From: Eubacteriales bacterium
Lineage (GTDB): Bacteria > Bacillota > Clostridia > Oscillospirales > CAG-272
Assembly (NCBI GenBank): GCA_045659245.1
Contig: JAZOWN010000055.1
Coordinates: 4,543 to 68,542 of the forward strand
DNA length: 64,000 bases
Direction of reading: 5' to 3'
Within the stretch, counting starts at the first letter, position 1. Every line of letters starts with the position of its first letter. The notes under the pieces are model-generated. The model did not search any database, had not been told where the DNA came from, and was given only the letters and a program-made list of their open reading frames with translations. Below, piece by piece: positions 26,013 through 36,334 of the stretch. The position numbers and the translations under genes were made by a program.

Positions 26013-27770
26013 ATGACAATTTTTGATATTTTAAAATTAATATTCGGTATTTCACTTTTTCTGTTTGGAATGAACCTTATGGGGGAAACGCTAAAGAAAA
26101 GCGCGGGACGCAGGCTTAAGGTCATACTCGGCAAGCTTGCGGGTAGTCCGATAAGGGGGGTTGCCTTGGGCATCGGTGTTACCGCCGTTATACAGTCGTC
26201 GTCTGCTGCCACGGTTATGGTCGTTGGCTTTGTAAATTCAGGCACAATGCTTTTATCACAAGCAGTTGGAGTTATAATGGGAGCAAACGTCGGCACGACG
26301 GTAACGTCATGGATAACTGCCTTGGCAGGACTCGAGGGCGGAAGCTCTGTAAGCTCAATAATGCAATGGTTCAAGCCGTCAACCTTTACTCCGATCATCG
26401 CGCTTATCGGCTTATTGTTTTATTTGAGCACAAAAAGTGACAAGCGAAAAAACATCGGACTTATACTTTTAGGTTTTTCCGTGCTGATGATCGGAATGGA
26501 AACTATGTCCGATTCTGTATCGGGGCTTGCGGGTAACGATACCTTCCGTTCGATTCTGTTAGCATTTGAAAATCCGCTTCTCGGCTTGTTGGCGGGAATG
26601 GTACTCACCGCGATTATTCAAAGCTCGTCGGCGTCAATCGGAATATTGCAGTCCTTTACCGCAACGGGAGCTATTACCTTTGGTAACGCAGTTCCTATCA
26701 TAATGGGACAAAATATCGGAACGTGTATAACAGCTCTTATTTCCTCGGCAGGAGCAAGTAAAAACGCTAAAAGAGCAGCAGTTGTGCATCTCTTATTCAA
26801 TGTTTTCGGATCTATTATAGGACTTATAATTTTCTATATTTTAAAGCTTGCGTTTAATCTCGCGTTTCTTGACGGAAGCATCGATATGTGGGGAATTGCA
26901 ATAGTTCATACTGTTTTTAATATTGTTTCGTTTTTGGTGCTTTTCCCACTTTCAAAGCAAATTGAAAGGCTTGCCGTTGTACTCGTTCGTGACAAAAAGG
27001 GTAATGATGAGTTTAGCATATTTGACGAAAGACTTCTCGAAATTCCGTCCGTTGCTATTGAACGTAGCCGCGAGGGTACTTTGAAAATGGCGAGTACTTC
27101 AATAAAGGCTTTTGAGGACAGCTGCTTGTTGCTTGAGTCGTACGACGAGAAGATAGCCCAGAGAGTGCGGAAATATGAAAGCATATCCGATGAATATGAG
27201 GACAGGCTTGGCACGTATCTTTTGAGAATATCCGAAAAAAGTATACTTGAGTCCGAGAAGAACGAGTCAACACGACTCCTACACATGATTGGTGATTTTG
27301 AGAGAATTTCAGACCATGCTGTAAATCTTGTCGAATCGGCAGAGGAAATGGACGATAAAAAGCTACGCTTTTCGATAAGCGCCCAAAAGGAAATATCCGT
27401 ACTCATAAGCGCCGTGCGTGAAATAACTACGCTTACGTATGACGCCATAAACGAAAAGGATATTGAGAAAGCAAAGCGCGTTGAGTCGCTGGAACAGGTT
27501 ATTGACGGAGTTCGCGACAAGATAAAGAGACACCATATAGTGCGGCTCCAAAGCGGAGAATGCAGCATGGAGCACGGATTTATTCTATCCGATATTCTTA
27601 ACAATCTTGAACGTATAGCCGACCATTGCTCAAATATAGCAGGCTGCTATATAGAAATGTCCGAGCATAAGTCGCTTGAGCTTCATAAATATCTGAAAAA
27701 ATACAGAGACGAAAATCAAGCCTTTGAAGCACATTTTAAGGAATATTCCGAAAAATACGTTATAGAATAA
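26013..27770 (+). CDS. Na/Pi cotransporter family protein with C-terminal PhoU-like domain
   Basis: MTIFDILKLIFGISLFLFGMNLMGE, duplicated QSSSA motifs (VIQSSSAATVM, IIQSSSASIGI), PhoU-like repeats ERISDHAVN and ERIADHCSN. ATG 26013 follows AAAGGAG. Confidence 0.8.
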   Translation: MTIFDILKLIFGISLFLFGMNLMGETLKKSAGRRLKVILGKLAGSPIRGVALGIGVTAVIQSSSAATVMVVGFVNSGTMLLSQAVGVIMGANVGTTVTSWITALAGLEGGSSVSSIMQWFKPSTFTPIIALIGLLFYLSTKSDKRKNIGLILLGFSVLMIGMETMSDSVSGLAGNDTFRSILLAFENPLLGLLAGMVLTAIIQSSSASIGILQSFTATGAITFGNAVPIIMGQNIGTCITALISSAGASKNAKRAAVVHLLFNVFGSIIGLIIFYILKLAFNLAFLDGSIDMWGIAIVHTVFNIVSFLVLFPLSKQIERLAVVLVRDKKGNDEFSIFDERLLEIPSVAIERSREGTLKMASTSIKAFEDSCLLLESYDEKIAQRVRKYESISDEYEDRLGTYLLRISEKSILESEKNESTRLLHMIGDFERISDHAVNLVESAEEMDDKKLRFSISAQKEISVLISAVREITTLTYDAINEKDIEKAKRVESLEQVIDGVRDKIKRHHIVRLQSGECSMEHGFILSDILNNLERIADHCSNIAGCYIEMSEHKSLELHKYLKKYRDENQAFEAHFKEYSEKYVIE

Positions 27771-27781
27771 GAAAATTTTAT

Positions 27782-27814
27782 AGGGGTACTGAAAAAGTAC
27801 CCCTTGCTTTTTTT
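27782..27814 (+). terminator. intrinsic terminator
   Basis: AGGGGTAC-TGAAAAA-GTACCCCT followed by TGCTTTTTTT. Confidence 0.8.
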
Positions 27815-27864
27815 AAAAATATATGCTATAATTATGGTAATTTAAATTTACCCAAGGAGCAATT

Positions 27865-28740
27865 ATGAATTTAGGTGAGAAAATAAAGGCGCTAAGGACA
27901 GGCAAGCTTATGACACAGTCCGAGCTTGCGGGGAGTGAGATCACTCGAAATATGCTCAGCAGAATAGAAAACGGCGCGGCACAGCCGTCGCTTGATACCC
28001 TCAAATATATCGCCGCAAAGCTTAGCGTATCTGCGGGATTTTTGCTTGCCGAGGCAAGCGACGAGGATATGTATATGAAGCACAGCGACATAACCGGCAT
28101 AAAAACCGCTTATCTTACGGGAGATTACAGAATTTGCCGAGATATGTGCATAAATTCAAAGAGCGCCTCGGATGACGAGATACAGCTTATTCTTGCGGAA
28201 TGTACAAAGGGAATTGCGATCGAGGAATTTAACCGCGGCAATCTTCACCTTGCATGTGAGTATTTTGATCTGGCGCTTGAATCTTGCGCAGGCACTATCT
28301 ATGACACTACGTATCTGTCGTCAATATGCGCTATGTACTTTAAGTATATGAGATATATTTCCGCAACCCTATCTTCAAACAGCATAGACGAAACTGACGT
28401 GCCTACCTATGCCGCTATGAATGATACCTTTTGCTCTTATGCGGGTGCATTCCTTGAACGCAAAAACGAGGGGAAGGATATAACCGAGCTTACGGGAGAT
28501 GACGGAAAGGGACCGTACAGCACGCACCTTTTGGCGCTTGATTACATAGAAAAAGGAGATTTCGGAAGCGCGTACGATTGTCTTCACGCCATACTTGTAG
28601 GCGAGGAGCAGATCCCTGAGCCTATGATGTATTTTATCTTCTGCGATCTTGAGAAATGCTGCAAGGAAATATCGAATTTCAAGGGCGCGTATGAGTATTC
28701 AATAAATAAGATCGAGCTTTTGCAAAAAATGCTTTCTTAA
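27865..28740 (+). CDS. XRE-family HTH regulator with TPR-like C-terminal domain
   Basis: HTH LGEKIKALRTGKLMTQSELAGSEITRNMLSRIENGAAQPSLDTLKYIAAKL, plus about 220 aa of helical-repeat-like sequence (GDYRICRDMC, GNLHLACEYFDLALE, GDFGSAYDCLHAIL). Confidence 0.7.
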   Translation: MNLGEKIKALRTGKLMTQSELAGSEITRNMLSRIENGAAQPSLDTLKYIAAKLSVSAGFLLAEASDEDMYMKHSDITGIKTAYLTGDYRICRDMCINSKSASDDEIQLILAECTKGIAIEEFNRGNLHLACEYFDLALESCAGTIYDTTYLSSICAMYFKYMRYISATLSSNSIDETDVPTYAAMNDTFCSYAGAFLERKNEGKDITELTGDDGKGPYSTHLLALDYIEKGDFGSAYDCLHAILVGEEQIPEPMMYFIFCDLEKCCKEISNFKGAYEYSINKIELLQKMLS

Positions 28741-28744
28741 AGCA

Positions 28745-29524
28745 TTAATTATTTACTGTATCCTTGCGAACGAAAACGCGCAACATAAGCCACGAAACGG
28801 CATAAACAAAGGCTAAAACCATAATGTCCGAGAGATAATACGCGATCATCAGGATTATTTCGGCGACGCTCTCGGGCGCTCCGTGCGCTACTGTGTACGT
28901 TATGTCGGCGCTTATTCTCATACCTACGTTTATGGCTGCCAGCATGATACCCGACATGAGCGCACACGTTTGAAGGGGATTTTTAGTTGAAAATACCTTA
29001 TTAAAATCCGAAGAAGCATCGTTATAAAGGCTGCCCGTTCTCAGGGCTGCCTTTTTCTTTGTGTCGAGTTTTTCCTTGTACGTCTTACCTATGGATACGG
29101 ATACAAGAGCGACAAGAAGCACCTGGATTGCCTCTATCGCGAGATAAATAAGGGGATTGATAATATCTAATTCTCTGAACGTGATGTAGGTCAAGAGCAC
29201 GGATACAGCTCGGCGAGCAGCGGAAAGACCTAAATAAATTCCGCATACCGCGGCGAGCTTTTTTGTTGAGTAAAGCACGGCGCAGTAAATTATCACGGAG
29301 TAGAATATCGCAAACGCGATATTTTCAAGAAGGTCCGTATTTATTACGTTTATCACGAAAAGCAGAAGCTCGTTTCGAGTTAAATAATCGGCGTCAAGAA
29401 CGACGTATAGCTGGCTCAGTAGCGTAGTCAAGGTGAACATTGCTACACAAGAAAGCGCCATTATCGTTTTTAGGGGCAGAGGGCGCGAGACTGTGCCAGA
29501 TGCGGATACATTTTTCTTTTTCAT
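28745..29524 (-). CDS. hypothetical polytopic membrane protein
   Basis: 259-aa ORF with about 6 hydrophobic segments, good Shine-Dalgarno (GGAGGAAAT upstream of ATG), no motif I recognise. Confidence 0.5.
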   Translation of the reverse strand: MKKKNVSASGTVSRPLPLKTIMALSCVAMFTLTTLLSQLYVVLDADYLTRNELLLFVINVINTDLLENIAFAIFYSVIIYCAVLYSTKKLAAVCGIYLGLSAARRAVSVLLTYITFRELDIINPLIYLAIEAIQVLLVALVSVSIGKTYKEKLDTKKKAALRTGSLYNDASSDFNKVFSTKNPLQTCALMSGIMLAAINVGMRISADITYTVAHGAPESVAEIILMIAYYLSDIMVLAFVYAVSWLMLRVFVRKDTVNN

Positions 29525-29651
29525 ATTTCCTCCGAAAAAGTTACGTACGAATATTTTACCACACTGTAAGATAAAATTGGTTATACAATTGTAAATAATT
29601 TTTATATAGTAAAAAAATAATATTTAAAGTCGAATTTTGCTTCTAAATATA

Positions 29652-29680
29652 TTGACAAAGGTGTGCTTTGGTTGTATAAT
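29652..29680 (+). promoter_or_regulatory. consensus sigma-A promoter for the transporter gene
   Basis: TTGACA (29652..29657), 17 nt, TATAAT (29675..29680). Confidence 0.6.
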
Positions 29681-29732
29681 AATCGGGTTGCGAAAATTCA
29701 AGACTAAATACAATTAAGAGGATAAATCAGAA

Positions 29733-31022
29733 ATGACATCTACGATAATAATTGCTGTCGTTACCGTTGTTTTATTTATGGCGAGCGTTCTTTTTTTACC
29801 GAGCGTGGGGAAGAACGGAAAATTCAAAATATACCCGCTTATCCCGTTTGTCGGCGGTGCTTTGATGGTACTTTTCGGAAATCTTTCTATGGGGCAGGTA
29901 TTGACCTCGTTTACGGAAAATACGTCTGTAAATCCAATAAAAATTCTCGTTTTGTTTTTGTCAATGACGGTGTATTCGTTGATACTCGACCGCACAGGAT
30001 TTTTCGGATATATTTCGGGCGTCGTCTTAAAGCATGCGGGACATAATCAGTATGCAATATTTTTCTCCTTGTATGCCGTGATTGCTATTTTGACAGTTTT
30101 CACTTCAAACGATATCGTAATTCTAACCTTTACGCCATTTATATGCAAATTTTGCCGTTCGGCAAAAATTGACGTTATTCCGTACCTGATAATGGAATTC
30201 GTAGTTGCGAACACATGGAGTATTTTGTTGCTTATAGGAAACCCGACGAATATCTACATATCGGGTGCGTTCGGTATAAGCTTTGCGGAGTATTTTGTTC
30301 ACATGGCGCTTCCTACGGTAGCCGCGGGAGCTGTGTCGCTTATTATAATGCTGCTTATATTCGGAAAACGCTTGCGGACTCCGATAAATACAGACGCCGA
30401 GGTTCAAGAGATAAACGATAAGCCGCTTATGATAGTGGCGCTTTCTCACCTAATTGCTTGTATCGTTTTACTAGCAATATCGCAGTACACGGGAATTGAA
30501 ATGTGGCTTATATCCTTGGGTGTGTCTGCTTCTCCGGTGATCGCGTCTCTCGCGGTGTTGGCGGCAAGGAAGAAAAGCTTTGCTCCGATAGGATTTGCCA
30601 TAAAGGGAATGCCCTTTGAAATAGTGCCGTTTGTCATAGGAATGTTTATCATAGTAATGGGTCTTGACAATTCGGGAATAACCGCATTTTTGGCAGAGCA
30701 TATAAAGCTTGGTGACGGGATCTTTTCGTATGGCTTTGCATCTCTGTTCTCCTCAAATCTGCTTAACAACATTCCAATGAGCGTGCTGTTTAGTAAAATA
30801 CTTTCGGTTTCTCCGTCAATGCCGGATGTTTACGCTACCATAATCGGATCGAATATAGGCGCATTTTTAACACCGATCGGGGCGCTTGCGGGAATAATGT
30901 GGTCAAATCTCATAAAGGAAAATGACGTTAAATTTTCTGTGGGAAGGTTCGTGGTTTACGGTGCGGAGATCGCCGTGCCTACGATGACGGCGTCGCTTTT
31001 GGTCGTCAGTGCGCTCGGATAA
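29733..31022 (+). CDS. ArsB/NhaD-superfamily (citrate-transporter-like) permease
   Basis: 429 aa, about 10-12 TM segments, blocks such as NDIVILTFTP, GNPTNIYISG, SNLLNNIPM and GSNIGAFLTPIG typical of this ion-transporter superfamily. Confidence 0.6.
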   Translation: MTSTIIIAVVTVVLFMASVLFLPSVGKNGKFKIYPLIPFVGGALMVLFGNLSMGQVLTSFTENTSVNPIKILVLFLSMTVYSLILDRTGFFGYISGVVLKHAGHNQYAIFFSLYAVIAILTVFTSNDIVILTFTPFICKFCRSAKIDVIPYLIMEFVVANTWSILLLIGNPTNIYISGAFGISFAEYFVHMALPTVAAGAVSLIIMLLIFGKRLRTPINTDAEVQEINDKPLMIVALSHLIACIVLLAISQYTGIEMWLISLGVSASPVIASLAVLAARKKSFAPIGFAIKGMPFEIVPFVIGMFIIVMGLDNSGITAFLAEHIKLGDGIFSYGFASLFSSNLLNNIPMSVLFSKILSVSPSMPDVYATIIGSNIGAFLTPIGALAGIMWSNLIKENDVKFSVGRFVVYGAEIAVPTMTASLLVVSALG

Positions 31023-31130
31023 AATATATAATTATTATATAAATGTAAATTTATTTAAATAACTGTTTACAAAAGCGGAAAAATGTAGTAGAATATATAC
31101 GTATATTTATTACTGTGAGGTTGTACTGAT

Positions 31131-31844
31131 ATGGCGAATACACCTAAATACAAAAGAGTGCTCCTGAAGCTTTCGGGAGAAGCGTTGGCAGAGGGTGCTG
31201 ACGGAATACTTAACTTTGATTTTATCGCTTCTGTTGCTCAAACGCTTAAGACGTGTGTTGAGGCAGGCGTTCAGATCGGAGTAATAGTAGGAGCGGGAAA
31301 TATCTGGCGCGGCAGACAGGGCGGAAGCATGGACAGAGTGCGTGCGGACAGCATGGGTATGCTCGCGACGGCAATAAACGCGCTGGCACTTCAAGATACG
31401 TTTATACAGGCAGGTCTTGACACAAAGGTCATGACGGCAGTTGAAATGGAAACGTTTGCGGATAAGTACGTGACGCGTGATGCTGTAAAGGCGCTTGAGG
31501 ACGGAAAGGTCGTTATTTTCGGATGCGGTCTTGGCGCTCCGTATTTTTCAACTGACACGGCGGCTGTGCTTCGCGCGGCTGAAATTGGAGCAGATGCCGT
31601 TTTGATGGCAAAGAATATTGACGGAGTATATTCGGCAGATCCCAGAATTGATCCGACTGCCGTAAGATACGACGAAATAACCTATAAGGACGTACTCAAA
31701 AAAGAACTTAAGGCTCTTGATCTTACCGCTACTACTTTCTGTATGGATAACGATATCAGATGCTATGCATTTGAGCTTAAGGATCCAATGAACATATACA
31801 GAGTAATAATGGGCGAGAAGATCGGAACAGAGCTTCGCAGATAA
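31131..31844 (+). CDS. pyrH: UMP kinase
   Basis: YKRVLLKLSGEAL, VGAGNIWRG, DTAAVLRAAEI, GVYSADP. Confidence 0.9.
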   Translation: MANTPKYKRVLLKLSGEALAEGADGILNFDFIASVAQTLKTCVEAGVQIGVIVGAGNIWRGRQGGSMDRVRADSMGMLATAINALALQDTFIQAGLDTKVMTAVEMETFADKYVTRDAVKALEDGKVVIFGCGLGAPYFSTDTAAVLRAAEIGADAVLMAKNIDGVYSADPRIDPTAVRYDEITYKDVLKKELKALDLTATTFCMDNDIRCYAFELKDPMNIYRVIMGEKIGTELRR

Positions 31845-31866
31845 AATTATAACGGAGGATAAAAAC

Positions 31867-32421
31867 ATGAAACTCGACACAAAGACTTACGAAGCAAAAA
31901 TGGTAAAGGCTATTGCCAGCTATGAGGAGAACCTTTCCTCGATACGCGCAGGACAGGCAAATTCCGCAGTACTTAACAAGGTGAACTTTGAATATTGGGG
32001 CGCTCCCACACCTATTACCTCTATGGCTGATATAAGAGTTGCAGATTCCAAAACTCTTACAGTAACTCCTTACGACGCTACCACGCTCAAGGAAATGGAA
32101 AAGGCTATCCTTGCGTCCGATATCGGTATTACCCCCTCTAACGACGGCAAGATTATCCGCCTTGTTTTCCCTCAGCCTACCGAGGAGCGCCGTCGTGAGC
32201 TTGTAAAGCAGATACAGAAGTTCGGTGAGGATGCAAAGGTTGCTATCCGTAACATAAGACGCGATGCAAACGATGCATGCAAGAAGATGAAAAAGGACGG
32301 TGAGATGACCGAGGACGAGCAGAAGGCATCTGAAAAGTCCGTACAGGACCTTACCGACAAGTACATTAAAGAGGTTGACTCTGTTACTTCAAAAAAAGAA
32401 AGCGAGATCATGAAGATCTGA
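31867..32421 (+). CDS. frr: ribosome recycling factor
   Basis: LSSIRAGQANSAVLNKV, ITPSNDGKIIRLVFPQPTEERRRELVK, RNIRRDAND. 184 aa. Confidence 0.9.
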   Translation: MKLDTKTYEAKMVKAIASYEENLSSIRAGQANSAVLNKVNFEYWGAPTPITSMADIRVADSKTLTVTPYDATTLKEMEKAILASDIGITPSNDGKIIRLVFPQPTEERRRELVKQIQKFGEDAKVAIRNIRRDANDACKKMKKDGEMTEDEQKASEKSVQDLTDKYIKEVDSVTSKKESEIMKI

Positions 32422-32441
32422 CCGCTTTATGTGATGATACA

Positions 32442-32461
32442 GGGCGGGTTTATGCCCGTCC
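32442..32461 (+). terminator. weak hairpin after frr (possible partial terminator)
   Basis: GGGCGGG-TTTATG-CCCGTCC (7 bp including one G-U), followed by a T-rich but interrupted tract TTATCTCTTT. Confidence 0.3.
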
Positions 32462-32500
32462 TTATCTCTTTATATGGGAATATTGGAAAGGTGAGTTTTT

Positions 32501-33211
32501 ATGGCTAAGGATACCGCAAAAAAAAGTGAACAGCCCTCTGCCGTTGGACATATTGCCTTTATAATGGACGGAAACGGCCGTTGGGCAAAACGCAGAGGAA
32601 TGCCGCGAGAATTCGGGCATAAGCATGGCGCAGAGGTCTTCAGAAAAATAATGCGCCGATGTGTTGAGCTTGATATAAAGGCATCGACTTATTACGTTTT
32701 TTCTACCGAGAACTGGAAAAGACCGCAGCACGAGGTCGATGCGATCATGGCGCTTCTTGATAAATATCTTGATGACTGCGAAAAGGAAGTATACGAAAAC
32801 GACGTACGCTTTATATTTATTGGCGACACGTCCCTTTTTACCGAGTCTGTGCAAAAAAAGATGAGGAAAATAGAAAAGGTTTCGGAGGATAAGAAATATA
32901 TCGTCAATCTTGCGCTTAATTACGGCGGAAGAAGTGAAATAACCAATGCTGTCAATTCGCTTATAAAAGAGGGAAAAACCGAGCTTTCGGAGAAGGATAT
33001 AACCGATGCTCTTTATACTAAGGAGTCACCGCCTCTCGATCTCATTGTAAGAACGGGGGGAGACCTGAGAATTTCCAATTTCCTTTTGTGGCAAGCGGCG
33101 TATGCCGAATTTTATTTCACAGACAAGCTCTGGCCGGATCTTGTCCCCGATGACATAAACAAAATCGTTGATAATTTTACAAATAGAAGCCGAAGATTTG
33201 GCGGAGTTTAA
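32501..33211 (+). CDS. uppS: isoprenyl transferase (undecaprenyl-diphosphate synthase)
   Basis: HIAFIMDGNGRWA, FSTENWKRP, RTGGDLRISNFLLWQAAYAEF. Confidence 0.9.
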   Translation: MAKDTAKKSEQPSAVGHIAFIMDGNGRWAKRRGMPREFGHKHGAEVFRKIMRRCVELDIKASTYYVFSTENWKRPQHEVDAIMALLDKYLDDCEKEVYENDVRFIFIGDTSLFTESVQKKMRKIEKVSEDKKYIVNLALNYGGRSEITNAVNSLIKEGKTELSEKDITDALYTKESPPLDLIVRTGGDLRISNFLLWQAAYAEFYFTDKLWPDLVPDDINKIVDNFTNRSRRFGGV

Positions 33212-33226
33212 TTTTTGGAGATAATA

Positions 33227-34066
33227 ATGATACAAAGAATTATAACGGGAGTCGTTGGCGTAGCAATAATCATACCGTTGTTTATATTTTCTAACACTAT
33301 TGCTTTTACCGTTGCAATTGCCTTCGTTACCGTAATGTGTTTGTTTGAAATGTTTCGATGCATGGGAATACATAAAAAGTATGCTATAACGATGCCTGCA
33401 TACACTTTGGCGGCGGTCGTACCGTTCTTTTTGCGTTTCCTTGGCGACAACACGAATGCAGCCAAGCTTTGCTTTGTTGTTAGTGTTATATATTTGACAA
33501 TAGTGTTTGCCGCTATGATATGGTCACACGGAAAGATCAAGTTCAACGATAGCATGGCAATATTCGTAATTACTGCGTATATAATTGCAGGTACGAACTC
33601 GATAATTTTCGTAAGAGATTTTGAGGACGTTGGACAGTCCCTGTATTTGCTGATATTCCTCGGTGCATGGATGACTGATATTTTTGCATATTTTTCAGGA
33701 TATTTCTTTGGAAAGCATAAGCTTATTCCCGATGTAAGTCCTAAAAAGACGATAGAGGGAAGCATCGGCGGAATTATCGGTTGCGTGCTTACGTTTGTCG
33801 TTTACGGATTAGTGGTTGATATTGCATTCGAAAGAACGGCAAATCTGTTCTTCTTGGCTTTGGTAGGCTTTATAGTATCGGTCGTTTCTCAGATCGGAGA
33901 TCTTTTGATGTCAGTCATAAAGCGTCACTACGGCGTTAAGGATTACGGAAAGATCTTCCCCGGACACGGCGGTATGCTTGACAGACTTGACTCCGTGCTT
34001 ATCGTTTCGTTAGGTATGGCGGCAGTTTGTATGGTTGCCGAGGTGCTTGAAATTCAGCTGTTCTAA
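33227..34066 (+). CDS. cdsA: phosphatidate cytidylyltransferase
   Basis: Signature SVIKRHYGVKDYGKIFPGHGGMLDRLDS, multi-TM. ATG 33227 follows GGAG. The track start at 33215 is TTG. Confidence 0.85.
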   Translation: MIQRIITGVVGVAIIIPLFIFSNTIAFTVAIAFVTVMCLFEMFRCMGIHKKYAITMPAYTLAAVVPFFLRFLGDNTNAAKLCFVVSVIYLTIVFAAMIWSHGKIKFNDSMAIFVITAYIIAGTNSIIFVRDFEDVGQSLYLLIFLGAWMTDIFAYFSGYFFGKHKLIPDVSPKKTIEGSIGGIIGCVLTFVVYGLVVDIAFERTANLFFLALVGFIVSVVSQIGDLLMSVIKRHYGVKDYGKIFPGHGGMLDRLDSVLIVSLGMAAVCMVAEVLEIQLF

Positions 34067-34078
34067 GGAGTAGCTTAT

Positions 34079-35233
34079 ATGTATAATAAAAACATTGCCG
34101 TGCTCGGTTCAACAGGCTCGGTTGGAGAGCAAGCGCTCGACGTTGCCGATAAATTTGGAATGACGGTAAGCGCGATCAGCGCTAACCGAAACGTAAAAAG
34201 AGTTGAGGAGCAGGTAAGAAAGTTCAAGGTGTCCTCGGTTGCAATGGCAGACGTAGAGGCGGCGGCAGAGCTGAAAACAAAGCTTGCAGATACCAACACG
34301 AGGATTTATGTCGGTGAGTCAGGTATATGTGAGATGGTAGCGTCGCAAAAGTGCGACTGCGTAGTCAACTCGATAATAGGCGAAGCGGGGCTTTTGCCGA
34401 CTCTTGCTGTTATTGATTCGGGCTCACGCTTGGCTCTTGCCAATAAGGAGTCTCTCGTTGTCGCGGGCGAGATAGTAATGGATGCGGCCAAGAAGAAGCA
34501 CGTAGAAATTCTTCCCGTTGACAGTGAGCACTGTGCTATATATCAGTGCCTCAAATCAGGAAAGCAGTCTGAAATAAAGCGTATATTGCTTACAGCTTCG
34601 GGCGGTCCGTTCTTTGGAAAGAAGGCTTGTGAGCTTAAGGACATAAAGGTTGACGAGGCGCTTGCACATCCTACGTGGAAAATGGGGGCAAAAATAACAA
34701 TTGATTCCGCAACGCTTATGAATAAGGGCTTTGAGGTCATTGAGGCGGCGCATCTGTTCGGTGTTACTGCCGACAAAATAAAAGTGGTGGTACATCGCGA
34801 AAGTATAATACATTCAATGGTTGAATATATTGATAACAGCGTTATAGCACAGCTGTCTGTACCCGATATGCGGCTTTGCGCGCAGTATGCAATTACTTAT
34901 CCCGACAGATGTGATGCGGTAATTGAGGAGCTGGATCTTGTAAAGGCTTCAAAGCTTACCTTTGCAGAGCCTGATACGGAAACGTTCTTACTACTGTCTT
35001 ATGCCATCGACTGTATCGGCAAGGGCGGCGCATTACCTGCGGTGCTTAACGCCGCAAATGAAGTGGCGGTTGCCGAGTTCCTTAAAGGAAGCATCGGATT
35101 TTACGCTATTACCGAGACTGTTTGCTCGGTGGTTGATTCTATGCAAACAGCCAAAGACGTTCATACACTCGAGGGAATTATCGAGTGTGACAGAGAGGCA
35201 AGACGCGCGGCGTACAAATTACTTAAAAAATAA
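34079..35233 (+). CDS. dxr: 1-deoxy-D-xylulose-5-phosphate reductoisomerase
   Basis: IAVLGSTGSVGEQALDV, LANKESLV, PVDSEHCAI, LTASGGPF, HPTWKMG. Confidence 0.9.
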   Translation: MYNKNIAVLGSTGSVGEQALDVADKFGMTVSAISANRNVKRVEEQVRKFKVSSVAMADVEAAAELKTKLADTNTRIYVGESGICEMVASQKCDCVVNSIIGEAGLLPTLAVIDSGSRLALANKESLVVAGEIVMDAAKKKHVEILPVDSEHCAIYQCLKSGKQSEIKRILLTASGGPFFGKKACELKDIKVDEALAHPTWKMGAKITIDSATLMNKGFEVIEAAHLFGVTADKIKVVVHRESIIHSMVEYIDNSVIAQLSVPDMRLCAQYAITYPDRCDAVIEELDLVKASKLTFAEPDTETFLLLSYAIDCIGKGGALPAVLNAANEVAVAEFLKGSIGFYAITETVCSVVDSMQTAKDVHTLEGIIECDREARRAAYKLLKK

Positions 35234-35276
35234 GTGATTGACAGCGGTGTTATTAAACTTGATAAAGGAGTTTTTG

Positions 35277-36329
35277 ATGTTAAGCTTTATCGGATATTTT
35301 TTGATAATATTGCTGATTTTCGGTGTATTGATTTTTATTCATGAGCTTGGGCATTTTCTGGTGGCTCGCGCTTGCGGTGTGACTGTAAATGAGTTTGCTA
35401 TCGGAATGGGTCCGAAGCTTATATCTAAAAAATCAAAGAAAAGCGGAACGGTGTATTCCTTGAGAGTCTTTCCTATCGGTGGATACGTAAGTATGCAAAA
35501 CGAGGACGGACTAGACGAGAGCATCCCACCCGACGACAAAAACGCGTTTTGTAACAAAAGCGTTCCAAAGAGAATGCTAATTACCGTCGCAGGCGCGGTC
35601 ATGAATCTGCTGCTCGGATTTATTCTTATGACGGTGCTTGTTTTCGCATCTCCCCAACTCGGTTCTACCGTTATTGCAAAATTTGACGATAACGCGATCT
35701 CCAAGGGACAGCTCATGGTCAACGACGAGATTATCAAGGTGGAGTCGGTAAGGGTACACACTTGGAACGAACTTGCGTACGAGATAATGAATTCGGGCTA
35801 CGAGCCTGTTGATATTACCGTGCGCCGTGGCGGCGAGGTAATAGTTGTCGAGGACGTCAGCTTCGGTGTATTTGATGAGAGTGGGGCGACCTTTGGCGAG
35901 GTCGATTTTATCCCCTATGCGGAAGCCAAAACGTTCCCGAACCTGATTAAGCATTCCTTTTTTCGCTCGGTATCTACCATAAAAATGGTTATCGACTCTG
36001 TTGTCGGAATGATAAGCGGACGGTTTGGAATCGAAGCGGTATCGGGGCCTGTTGGCGTGGTCGGAGTGGTAGAGAACGCCGCAAGGAACGGCTTTATGAG
36101 CTTTTTATATATTGTTTCAGTTCTCACTATAAATTTGGGAGTGTTTAATCTTCTTCCTTTTCCCGTGCTTGACGGTGGACAGCTGCTGTTTTTAGCAATT
36201 GAAGGAATTATAGGACGTCCCGTGAATAGAAAAATACAGTCGTATATCAATTTCTTGGGAGCTATAATTCTGTTTGGATTTATGATATTTATAACCTGTA
36301 TGGTCGTATTAAATTTGATTTTCAAGTAA
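35277..36329 (+). CDS. rseP: RIP metalloprotease RseP (site-2 protease)
   Basis: HELGHFLVA zinc motif, PDZ-like middle region, NLLPFPVLDGG. ATG 35277 follows AAAGGAG. The track start at 35238 is TTG. Confidence 0.85.
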   Translation: MLSFIGYFLIILLIFGVLIFIHELGHFLVARACGVTVNEFAIGMGPKLISKKSKKSGTVYSLRVFPIGGYVSMQNEDGLDESIPPDDKNAFCNKSVPKRMLITVAGAVMNLLLGFILMTVLVFASPQLGSTVIAKFDDNAISKGQLMVNDEIIKVESVRVHTWNELAYEIMNSGYEPVDITVRRGGEVIVVEDVSFGVFDESGATFGEVDFIPYAEAKTFPNLIKHSFFRSVSTIKMVIDSVVGMISGRFGIEAVSGPVGVVGVVENAARNGFMSFLYIVSVLTINLGVFNLLPFPVLDGGQLLFLAIEGIIGRPVNRKIQSYINFLGAIILFGFMIFITCMVVLNLIFK

Positions 36330-36334
36330 GAAAA

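Noticed and set aside
27865-28744. Possibility that the XRE-TPR regulator is an RRNPP-type quorum-sensing receptor with a cognate signalling peptide
   Set aside because: RRNPP systems normally encode a small secreted pro-peptide immediately downstream. Here only 4 nt separate the stop from the end of a convergent 259-aa membrane-protein gene, and I see no short signal-peptide-bearing ORF upstream. The idea cannot be supported from the sequence, although the HTH-plus-helical-repeat architecture remains compatible with peptide or ligand sensing.
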